Below, piece by piece: positions 27,289 to 35,756 of a DNA stretch of 58,732 nucleotides (positions are counted from its first letter, which is position 1; each line of letters opens with the position of its first letter). The notes beneath the pieces were generated by a model that did not search any database, had not been told where the DNA came from, and saw only the letters and a program-made list of their open reading frames with translations. The stretch is from the NCBI GenBank assembly GCA_007118855.1, contig SKQU01000259.1, forward strand, positions 1 to 58,732, in the 5' to 3' direction. The position numbers and the translations under genes are program-made. This stretch comes from Spirochaetaceae bacterium (GTDB lineage: Bacteria; Spirochaetota; Spirochaetia; DSM-27196; SLST01).

Positions 27289-28634
27289 GATCCTACCCGT
27301 CGGTACGCGCGGCTCTCACTGCGTATGCGCGGCGCGATCTCGGACACCGGAATGCGCACCTGTTCCATGGAATCGCGAAACCGCAGCGTGACCGTGTCGT
27401 TCTCTTTCGTTTCGTAATCGATGGTGATGCAGTACGGGGTACCGATCTCGTCCTGTCTCCGGTAGCGGCGCCCGATCGCGCCGCCCTGGTCGTAGAAGGT
27501 CGAGAAGTCCTCGCGCAGAGCGCGCTCGATCTCCCTTGCCCGTTCGGCAAGCCCGTCCTTCTTCACGAGCGGAAAGACCCCCACGGTCACCGGCGCGAGG
27601 TCTGGATGGAACCGCAGAACGGTGCGAGTGTCGTTCTCACCGACCCGTTCCTCCTCGTACGCATCGGCGAGCACCGTAAGGACGCTACGGGTCAGTCCGG
27701 CCGATGTCTCGATGATGTAGGGCACGAAGCGTTCGTTCTTCTGGTCATCGAGGTAGGTAAGATCCTTGCCGGAATACTCGGCGTGACGCGACAGGTCATA
27801 GTCGGTCCGATTATGGACGCCTTCGAGCTCGCTCCACCCGAAGGGAAAGAGGTACTCGATGTCGTAGGCGGTCTTCGCGTAATGGGCGAGCTCGTCGGGG
27901 CCGTGCTCCTTCCACCGCAGCCGGTCGGGCCGGATACCGAGCCGCCGGTAGTACTCCATCCGCTCGCCGCGCCAGTAGTCGAACCACTTTTCGTCTTCCG
28001 AAGGGTGAACGAAGTACTGCATCTCCATCTGCTCGAACTCGCAGGTGCGGAAGATGAAGTTCTTGGTGACGATCTCGTTACGGAAGGCCTTGCCCACCTG
28101 CGCGATCCCGAAGGGGATCCTCACGCGCGAGGTCTGCACGACGTTCTTGAAGTTCACGTAGATGCCCTGGGCCGTCTCCGGTCGCAGGTAGACGACACTC
28201 GCAGACTCCTCAACCGGTCCCATGTGGGTCCTGAACATCAGGTTGAACTTGCGCGGCTGGGAGAGCGGGTTTCCCGCGGGACTGGTCATCGTCTCGCGCT
28301 GCTCGTCGGTCAGGTGATCGAAGCGGAAACGCTCGTTCGTCACGGTATCCTCGACCAGGAGGTCGTCGAAGTTCTCGATATGGCCGCTGGCCTCCCACAC
28401 CCGCGGATGCATCATGATCGCGGCGTCAAGGCCGACGATGTCGTCGTGCAGCTGGGTCATATCACGCCACCAGAAGCGCTGGATACGGTTCTTCAACTCC
28501 GACCCGAGCGGCCCGTAGTCCCAGGCGGAGGCGAGCCCGCCGTAGATATCCGAGGAGGGGAAGATGAACCCGCGTCGCTTACACAGCGAAACGATGCTCT
28601 CCATGATCTTCGGGTCGGTTGCGACATCTGCCAT
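27285..28634 (-). CDS. glyQS: glycine--tRNA ligase, homodimeric alpha2 type
   Basis: Motifs KRRGFIF, DYGPLG, YLRPETAQG, FRNEI, EFEQME, IGRRYRRQDEIGTP. Confidence 0.97.
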   Translation of the reverse strand: MADVATDPKIMESIVSLCKRRGFIFPSSDIYGGLASAWDYGPLGSELKNRIQRFWWRDMTQLHDDIVGLDAAIMMHPRVWEASGHIENFDDLLVEDTVTNERFRFDHLTDEQRETMTSPAGNPLSQPRKFNLMFRTHMGPVEESASVVYLRPETAQGIYVNFKNVVQTSRVRIPFGIAQVGKAFRNEIVTKNFIFRTCEFEQMEMQYFVHPSEDEKWFDYWRGERMEYYRRLGIRPDRLRWKEHGPDELAHYAKTAYDIEYLFPFGWSELEGVHNRTDYDLSRHAEYSGKDLTYLDDQKNERFVPYIIETSAGLTRSVLTVLADAYEEERVGENDTRTVLRFHPDLAPVTVGVFPLVKKDGLAERAREIERALREDFSTFYDQGGAIGRRYRRQDEIGTPYCITIDYETKENDTVTLRFRDSMEQVRIPVSEIAPRIRSESRAYRRVGS

Positions 28635-30091
28635 CAGCGAGACTCCTTCAGTCGTTGTAATGCCTTCTGTACCCGTCTGACAGACGAGTCGGCGCCGAGC
28701 AGGCGGATCGAGCCGAACAGGGGTGGTGAAACCCGACTCCCGGTGATCGCGACACGAATCGGCATCAGGAGGTTGCCGAGCCTGGTTTCGAGCGCAGCGG
28801 CCTTCGCGCGAAACCGCTCTTCGTTCTCCTCGTCCGTGGCGTCCGGTATCTGTGCGACGAGCGGCAACACCGCCTCGAGAAGCGCCGCCGTTTCTCCCCG
28901 GTCGAGCTTCTTCGGGACCATCTCTTCAGGGTCGAAATCGGGCTCTTCGAAGAGAAACCGGATCAGACCGGGTGCGTCGGCGAGGTACTTCAGACGTTCC
29001 TGGATGAGCGGAACAGCATCGCGCACGGTCCGGATGTCCGCCTCATCCGGCGGGTCGGCAATGAGCCCCGAGCGCTGCATGAAGGGAAGCAACGCCTGCG
29101 CAAGGCTGTCCGCAGCGCACTCGCGAATGTAGTACCCGTTCAGCCACTCGAGCTTCTGATAATCGAAGACCGCGGGCGCCTTGTTGATCCTGTCCAGCAA
29201 GAAGATCCGTTCGAGCTCCTCGAGCGAGAAGATCTCCTGCTTGTCGTCGTAGCTCCACCCCACCCTCACGAGGTAGTTGATCAGCGCCTCCGGAAGGTAG
29301 CCGCGTTCGCGGAACTCGAGCACTCGTGTCGCTCCGTGCCGCTTACTGAGCTTCTTGCCGTCCTCCCCGACGACGAGCGGCAGATGACAGAAGACCGGCG
29401 GTTCCCAGCCGAACGCCTCGTAGAGCAGCACGTGGACGGGTGTTGACGGCACCCACTCCGGTCCGCGCATGATATGGCTGATCTCCATCAGGTGGTCGTC
29501 CACCACGGCCGCGAGGTGATAGGTGGGAAACCCGTCGGACTTCATCAGTACCGGATCAGCCGGAAGATCCTCGTTCTTCCAGCTCAACTGCCCGAGCACG
29601 ACGTCGTCAAAGCGCGTGCTGCCGTCAAGCGGCGTCTTGAACCGGATCACCGCAGGTACGCCTGAATCACGGTATGAGGCAAGCTGCTCCTCGGGCATGT
29701 CACGGAACCTGCGGTCGTAGCCGCCCTTGCCGTCGCTCGCCTCACGCTGCGCGGCGAGCTCTTGCGCCGAGTCGTAGGCATAGTAGGCGAATCCGGCGTC
29801 TACGAGCCGCGCCGCGTGCCGGCGGTAGATGTCCAGGCGTTCGGACTGAACATACGGACCGTAGGCGCCGCCCACGTCGGGGCCCTCGTCCCATCTCAGG
29901 CCGAGCCAGCCGAAGGTGTCGTAGATGTCCTGCAGAGAGGCCTCATCGTAGCGTTCGCGGTCGGTGTCCTCTATGCGCAGCAGGAACACGCCCGCCTGAG
30001 ATCGAGCGTAGAGGTAGGCGAAGAGTGCGGTCCTGACGCTGCCGATGTGCTGAAGCCCCGTCGGCGACGGAGCGTATCGAACGCGTACCAT
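28634..30091 (-). CDS. gltX: glutamate--tRNA ligase
   Basis: Motifs RYAPSPTG.HIG, LRIEDTD, VVDDH, KLSKR. Confidence 0.98.
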   Translation of the reverse strand: MVRVRYAPSPTGLQHIGSVRTALFAYLYARSQAGVFLLRIEDTDRERYDEASLQDIYDTFGWLGLRWDEGPDVGGAYGPYVQSERLDIYRRHAARLVDAGFAYYAYDSAQELAAQREASDGKGGYDRRFRDMPEEQLASYRDSGVPAVIRFKTPLDGSTRFDDVVLGQLSWKNEDLPADPVLMKSDGFPTYHLAAVVDDHLMEISHIMRGPEWVPSTPVHVLLYEAFGWEPPVFCHLPLVVGEDGKKLSKRHGATRVLEFRERGYLPEALINYLVRVGWSYDDKQEIFSLEELERIFLLDRINKAPAVFDYQKLEWLNGYYIRECAADSLAQALLPFMQRSGLIADPPDEADIRTVRDAVPLIQERLKYLADAPGLIRFLFEEPDFDPEEMVPKKLDRGETAALLEAVLPLVAQIPDATDEENEERFRAKAAALETRLGNLLMPIRVAITGSRVSPPLFGSIRLLGADSSVRRVQKALQRLKESR

Positions 30092-30099
30092 ATGCCTCC

Positions 30100-31314
30100 T
30101 TACTGACGATACCAGGAGAGAAACTCCCGAAGCCCATGTGCCGCCAGAGTGAGGGTCTCGTCGTCCGGCAGGAAGACGATCCGGAAATGGTCGGGCGTCG
30201 GCCAGTTGAAACCGGTCCCCTGAACGACGAGTATGTGCTTCTCTTTCAGAAGATCGAGCGTGAAACGGGTATCGTCAACGATGCCGAACCGCTTGGGATC
30301 GAGCCGGGGAAACAGATAGAGCGCTCCCTTCGGCTTCACGCAGCTCACGCCGGGGATCGAGCTGATGAGCTCGTGAGCACGGTCCCGCTGATCACGCAGC
30401 CGACCGCCCGGCACGACGAGGTCGTTGATGCTCTGGTACCCGCCCAGCGCGGTTTGAATCGCGTATTGCGCCGGCACATTGCTGCACAGCCGCATGTTCG
30501 CAAGGATATCGAGCCCCTCGCGGTAGTCCTCCATGAGCAGCTTGCGACCGGAGAGCAACATCCATCCGGAGCGAAACCCGGGCGCGCGGTAGTTCTTGGA
30601 CAACCCGCCGAAACTGACGCAGACGAGATCGTTGCAGATACTCGCCATCGTGACGTGCCGGGCATCGTCGTAGACGATCTTGTCATAGATCTCGTCGGCG
30701 AACACCATCAACCGGTGCTCTGCCGCTATGTCATGGATCGCCTCGAGCGTCTCCAGCGGATAGACCGCGCCGGTGGGATTGTTCGGGTTGATGACGACGA
30801 TGCCGCAGGTGCGTTCGGTGACCTTGTCCCGGACGTCCGCGAGATCGGGCAGCCAGTCGGACTGTTCGTCACAGATGTAGTGCACCGGCGTTCCGCCGGA
30901 CAGGCGGACCGCCGCGGTCCACAGAGGGTAGTCGGGCGCCGGCACGAGCATCTCGTCGCCGTTGTTGAGCAGCCCCTGCATGGACATCACAATGAGCTCG
31001 CTCACCCCGTTCCCGAGGTATATGTCCTCGATCTCCACCTCGGGCACTTCGCGCTGCTGATAGTATTGCATGACGGCCTTGCGCGCGGAGAACAGGCCCT
31101 TGCTGTCGCAGTACCCCTGGCTGTCACGGAGATTGAGGATGACATCGTGGAACATCTCGTCCGGCGCATCCAGCCCGAAGGGCGCGGTGTTGCCGATATT
31201 GAGCTTGATGATGCGATACCCCTCCTCTTCAAGGCGCTTGGCCTCGGCGAGGACAGGTCCCCTGATGTCGTAGCACACGTCGGTCAGCTTCTTGGACTTG
31301 GATACGTTTTTCAT
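30100..31314 (-). CDS. alaA: PLP-dependent aminotransferase, AlaA/AlaT type
   Basis: Motifs YDIRGPV, LNIGN, PDYPLWTAA, NPNNPTG, DEIYDK, GLSK.YR.PGFRSGW. Confidence 0.9.
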   Translation of the reverse strand: MKNVSKSKKLTDVCYDIRGPVLAEAKRLEEEGYRIIKLNIGNTAPFGLDAPDEMFHDVILNLRDSQGYCDSKGLFSARKAVMQYYQQREVPEVEIEDIYLGNGVSELIVMSMQGLLNNGDEMLVPAPDYPLWTAAVRLSGGTPVHYICDEQSDWLPDLADVRDKVTERTCGIVVINPNNPTGAVYPLETLEAIHDIAAEHRLMVFADEIYDKIVYDDARHVTMASICNDLVCVSFGGLSKNYRAPGFRSGWMLLSGRKLLMEDYREGLDILANMRLCSNVPAQYAIQTALGGYQSINDLVVPGGRLRDQRDRAHELISSIPGVSCVKPKGALYLFPRLDPKRFGIVDDTRFTLDLLKEKHILVVQGTGFNWPTPDHFRIVFLPDDETLTLAAHGLREFLSWYRQ

Positions 31315-32123
31315 ACGCTGGAAGTTGCGAAGACCCAGTCCCGGGCCTCTTCGATCCGGGAGGAGAGGAAGAGTACCTGGAGATTCGGCCGCTGGCGCTC
31401 CATCTCACGGTCGAGCTTCTCGCGAGTGTACTTCTCGCGCAGCGCCGCGCGCGTCTCGCTCACCTTCCGGCCGATCGCCTCGTCACGGTCGCCGAACGGC
31501 TCGAGCATGTGCGCCGTAAGGGCCCGCACGAGAGGATCGCGGGACTCTTCGAGGACCGCGGAGAGCTGCGCCCGTGCCTCCTCGTGCCTTGACTCGAGCA
31601 TCAGTCCGAAGGCGTATGCCCATCGAAGCCAGGCCGGCTCGGCGGCGCCCGGACGGTCCTTCAGGTCACCGAAGTATTCAACCATGCGCTGCCCGTCGTT
31701 CGAGAGCAGGTGAGGCACCCCCAGCTCGATCGACAGTCCGGGCAGAAGCCGGGGCTTCTCGCGACGGATGTGCGCTTCCAGGTCGCTGATCCTGTCCATC
31801 CTGCCGGTAACGACGTAGGCGTTGACGAGGATCCGGGCACGCTGGCGGGTCAGCCGCTTGCGCTCGTAGGCCCCGCGCTCCAGGAGCGAGACAAGCCCCG
31901 CCCAGTCCTCCTGCTCCAGCAGATTGAAGACACGCCAGTTGTAGCCGAAGTACCCGTTCAGGCCGGCAAGCACCAGGACGAAGGCGGCGCCAATGGGCCA
32001 GTTCCCGCTCCAGAAGACCCGCGTGTACTCCCAGCCCAGCACGAAGGCCGGCATGAAGAAGATCAGGGCGAACGAGGCGACGAGGACAACGTTGAAGACA
32101 ATGAACAGTATTCGGAATCTCAT
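31311..32123 (-). CDS. hypothetical membrane protein (2 TM plus helical domain)
   Basis: Two N-terminal TM helices; ATGA overlap with alaA. Confidence 0.8.
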   Translation of the reverse strand: MRFRILFIVFNVVLVASFALIFFMPAFVLGWEYTRVFWSGNWPIGAAFVLVLAGLNGYFGYNWRVFNLLEQEDWAGLVSLLERGAYERKRLTRQRARILVNAYVVTGRMDRISDLEAHIRREKPRLLPGLSIELGVPHLLSNDGQRMVEYFGDLKDRPGAAEPAWLRWAYAFGLMLESRHEEARAQLSAVLEESRDPLVRALTAHMLEPFGDRDEAIGRKVSETRAALREKYTREKLDREMERQRPNLQVLFLSSRIEEARDWVFATSSV

Positions 32124-32209
32124 GGGTACTCGGCTGACTATACCAAAATCGCGACAATGTTCAAAGTTCCTCTCATCAGACCGATGTGCTATAGTATCGG
32201 GAGCACGAC

Positions 32210-33373
32210 ATGAGAAAGTTCGCAGTCAGCACACTTGAGCCGGGTCATTACTTCACGAAGCCGCTGTATCTCGACGACCGGTATGTCCTGCTCTCTCCTG
32301 AAACGCCAATCACCTCCGAGATGATCGAACGGCTGCGACACTGGTCGTACCAGGAAGTGCTCTCCGACGGCGAGCAGGTCGAGAAGCCGATCGCGCTGAA
32401 CGACGAGGGGGGCGAGACGATCTCGGTCTCCGTCGATCGTGACGTCAAGGAGAACGCGCTCTTTCGGGAAGCGGAGTCGTACTACGGCGAGCTGCTCGGA
32501 TTCGTAGAACGTCTGTTCACCAACTTCGTCACGCGAAACGAGCTTGCCGAGCGGCAGATCAGCGAGATGGTGAAACGGGCGATCGACATGGTCCGCAGTC
32601 ATCGCCGCTACATCCTGCGCCTCTCCGACATGAAGGCGCCTGACAAGAACTACATCGTCGCTCACACCTCGAAGACGACGATCGCGGCACTCGCGATCGG
32701 CATGACGATCCGACTCCCTTCGCACAAACTGATCGAGCTCGGTACCGCGGCCGTGCTGCACGAGATCGGCATGATACGTCTGCCGCCGCAGCTGTACATG
32801 TCGCAGAAGAAGCTCGCGGAGAAGGAGATGCGCGCGATTTCCGCGCATACGGTGCTCGGGTTCAAGATACTGCGGGCCGCGTCGTTTCCCATGAGCGTAT
32901 GCCTCGCGGTGCTCGAGTGTCGCGAGAACGTCGACGGAACCGGCTACCCGCGCACACTGACCGGGGAGAAGATCGGCCTCTACGCGAAGATCATCATGGT
33001 CGCCGGCTCCTTCGCCGCCATCACCTCCGCCCGTCCCTATCGCGAACCGCTCGACGGCCACAGCGCGATCGTCGAGATGCTCAAGCAGCGCGGCAGAATG
33101 TACGACGAGACCGTGCTCAAGGCGCTGATTTCCAACCTCAGCATCTACCCCATCGGCACCCACGTCGAGCTCGCCAACGGAACGCGAGGCATGGTCGTAG
33201 ACACGAACGCGGACAATGCGCGAGCGCCCATGGTACGGGTCATCGCCGGACCGCATGGCGAGCAGTACGCCGAGCAGCCGGTGGTCGACACCTCATCAAG
33301 CGAGGAGTACCGCGTGGTCCGCGCGGTCGCCGATCATGCACCCGCGCCTGCCGGGGACCTTCGAGAGGAGTAG
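32210..33373 (+). CDS. HD-GYP domain protein with degenerate motifs
   Basis: Motifs LHEIGM, RENVDGTGYP, RPYR. Confidence 0.88.
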   Translation: MRKFAVSTLEPGHYFTKPLYLDDRYVLLSPETPITSEMIERLRHWSYQEVLSDGEQVEKPIALNDEGGETISVSVDRDVKENALFREAESYYGELLGFVERLFTNFVTRNELAERQISEMVKRAIDMVRSHRRYILRLSDMKAPDKNYIVAHTSKTTIAALAIGMTIRLPSHKLIELGTAAVLHEIGMIRLPPQLYMSQKKLAEKEMRAISAHTVLGFKILRAASFPMSVCLAVLECRENVDGTGYPRTLTGEKIGLYAKIIMVAGSFAAITSARPYREPLDGHSAIVEMLKQRGRMYDETVLKALISNLSIYPIGTHVELANGTRGMVVDTNADNARAPMVRVIAGPHGEQYAEQPVVDTSSSEEYRVVRAVADHAPAPAGDLREE

Positions 33374-33382
33374 CAGAGCCAG

Positions 33383-35032
33383 ATGGTCGAAGTTACACTG
33401 CCCGACAGACGTGTGCACGTCTCGCCTGAAACGATACTGGGCGACCTCTGTTCGGAGTACGATGCGGATCCGGCCAATCCTGTCATCGCCGCGGTTGTCA
33501 ACAACGAGGTGCTCGATCTCTCCAGGCGCGTGCGGATCAACGCGTCGGTCACCCCCGTTCATCTCAACAGTGACCCGGGTATCCGCTGTTACCGCCAGTC
33601 GCTCTGTTTTCTGCTCGCCCTCGCCGTTCAGAGGACCTCTCCCGGGCGGAGACTCATCATCGGTCACTCGCTCGGCGACAGCTACTACCACTACTTCGAC
33701 GACGAGGCGAGGATCGACGAGACGACGCTCGAGCGCATCGCGACAGAGATGAGGCGAATCGTCGGCGAGAAGCTCCCGATCGTTCGCCGGCTCATCGCTT
33801 ATCATGATGCGTTCGACTCCTTCGTGGAACGTGGGATGAGCGAGACCGCCGCGCTGCTCGACCATCGCAACGAGTCACGGGTCACCGTGCACCAGTGCGG
33901 TGACTTCCTCGACCTGTCTCACGGCCCCCTTGTCTCCCACGCGGGGATCCTCGAGCACTTCGACCTCACTGCCCTCGAGCCCGGATTCGTCCTGCGGTTC
34001 CCGTCGCGTCGTGAGCCGACGACCATGACCGAATACCGGCACAGCCCCCAACTCTTCTCGATCTACCAGGAGTACAAGAGTTGGGGGCGCATACTCGGGG
34101 TGACTTCCGTCGGACGGCTGAACCAGAAGATCGTGGACGGCACGATCAGCGACTTCATCCGGATCAACGAGGCGCTGCAGGAGAAGAAGATCGCGGACAT
34201 CGCGGCCGGGATCGAGTCGCGACGGGAGACACTGCGAGTCATCCTGATCGCCGGCCCGTCGAGCTCCGGGAAGACGACGTTCACCAAGAGACTCGCGGTC
34301 CAGCTCCACGCCCAGGGGCTCGAGCCGAGGCTTGTGTCCGTGGACGACTACTTCGTCAGCCGCGAAGAGACGCCGCGTGACGAAGAGGGGGGCCTCGACT
34401 TCGAGAGCATCCGCGCGATCGACGTCGAACTGCTGAATGACCACCTGCTCCAGCTTCTGGAAGGCAGGACCGTCACACTGCCGCGGTTCGACTTCCGCAC
34501 CGGGACCCGCAACTTCACCGGTCCGACGATCGAGCTCGATCCCCGAGTCGTGCTGCTCATCGAGGGGATCCACTGCCTGAACGACGAGTTGACTTCGCGG
34601 GTCGAGCAGAAGGCGAAGTACAAGGTCTATGTCTCCGCGCTGACCCAACTCAACCTGGACGACCACAACCGCATCTCGACCACGGACAATCGGCTCGTGC
34701 GACGGCTGGTGCGCGATTACCAGTTCCGGGGACACTCGGCGCTCGACACGCTGACGATGTGGCCGTCCGTCCGTCGCGGCGAACGGAACAACATCTTCCC
34801 CTTCCAGCACACCGCCGACGCCACCTTCAACTCTGCGCTCGACTATGAGCTCGGCGTTCTGAAGAAACACGCAGAACCGATCCTGCGGCACGTGAAGCCG
34901 TGTCACGACGTCTACGACGAGGCGATGCGAATGCTCGGGTTCCTCGACAATTTCACCAACATCCCGGACAAGCTGGTGCCCGACTACTCGATCGTTCGAG
35001 AGTTCATTGGGGACAGCGGTTTCCACTACTGA
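33383..35032 (+). CDS. uridine-kinase-like nucleoside kinase with ThrRS-like N-terminal domains
   Basis: N-terminal TGS/ThrRS-like region; motifs IAGPSSSGKTT, SVDDYF, EGIHCLN, RRLVRD. Confidence 0.85.
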   Translation: MVEVTLPDRRVHVSPETILGDLCSEYDADPANPVIAAVVNNEVLDLSRRVRINASVTPVHLNSDPGIRCYRQSLCFLLALAVQRTSPGRRLIIGHSLGDSYYHYFDDEARIDETTLERIATEMRRIVGEKLPIVRRLIAYHDAFDSFVERGMSETAALLDHRNESRVTVHQCGDFLDLSHGPLVSHAGILEHFDLTALEPGFVLRFPSRREPTTMTEYRHSPQLFSIYQEYKSWGRILGVTSVGRLNQKIVDGTISDFIRINEALQEKKIADIAAGIESRRETLRVILIAGPSSSGKTTFTKRLAVQLHAQGLEPRLVSVDDYFVSREETPRDEEGGLDFESIRAIDVELLNDHLLQLLEGRTVTLPRFDFRTGTRNFTGPTIELDPRVVLLIEGIHCLNDELTSRVEQKAKYKVYVSALTQLNLDDHNRISTTDNRLVRRLVRDYQFRGHSALDTLTMWPSVRRGERNNIFPFQHTADATFNSALDYELGVLKKHAEPILRHVKPCHDVYDEAMRMLGFLDNFTNIPDKLVPDYSIVREFIGDSGFHY

Positions 35033-35756
35033 ACGGATCCGGCCGCTCGCCCGGGAACGGCAACTCGGACCAGTTCCCGCGCATCGTTGGGCGGTCGAGT
35101 GCCCTGCGAACCCGCCGCATGAAGTCGGGGCGAGGCATCGCGCGTCCGCCCATGCGCTCAACGTGCGGGGTGTACAGCTGTGCGTCGAACAGCTCGTAGC
35201 AGTGACGGTCGAGAAACCGGCACAGCCGGATCAGGGCTGCCTTGGACGCATTGGATACGTGCGCGAACATGCTCTCACCAAAAAATACCCGGCCGAGCGC
35301 AACCCCGTAGACACCGCCGGCAAGGACACCCTCCTGCCACGCCTCGCAGCTGTGCGCATATCCCAGGCGATGCAGCCGGCAGTAGGCAGCCATCATGTCG
35401 TCGGTGATCCACGTCCCGGGCTGTCCGGGGCGAGGGGTAGTGGAGCAGCGTTCGATCACGCCCGCGAAGTCATGGTCGAGCGTAACCTGGAAGGCCCCTC
35501 GACGCAGCACGCGCTGCATTGACCGGGAGACGTGTATCTCGCCGGGCAAGATGACGAACCGCGGGTCGGGAGCCCACCACAGCACGGGGTCTCCCTCGCT
35601 GTACCACGGGAATATCCCCTGCCGGTAGGCTGAGAGCAGCATTCCCGGCGAGAGATTGCCCCCGGCCGCCACGATGCCCTCTGGCGTCGCGTGCTCGGGT
35701 CCGGGAAAGTCGAAATGTTCGTCCGGCGAGAGCCAGGGAAAGGAGGCCGCTACGAT
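35004..35756 (-). CDS. aat: leucyl/phenylalanyl-tRNA--protein transferase (start codon uncertain)
   Basis: Motifs GGNLSP.MLLSAYRQGIFPW, WWAPDPR, TWIT, AHSCE, FFGESMF, SNASK, DAQ. Confidence 0.93.
   Translation of the reverse strand: MVAASFPWLSPDEHFDFPGPEHATPEGIVAAGGNLSPGMLLSAYRQGIFPWYSEGDPVLWWAPDPRFVILPGEIHVSRSMQRVLRRGAFQVTLDHDFAGVIERCSTTPRPGQPGTWITDDMMAAYCRLHRLGYAHSCEAWQEGVLAGGVYGVALGRVFFGESMFAHVSNASKAALIRLCRFLDRHCYELFDAQLYTPHVERMGGRAMPRPDFMRRVRRALDRPTMRGNWSELPFPGERPDPFSSGNRCPQ

Noticed and set aside
26047-30100. T-box leaders before tyrS, glyQS or gltX
   Set aside because: The genes overlap or are under 10 nt apart, leaving no room for a leader.
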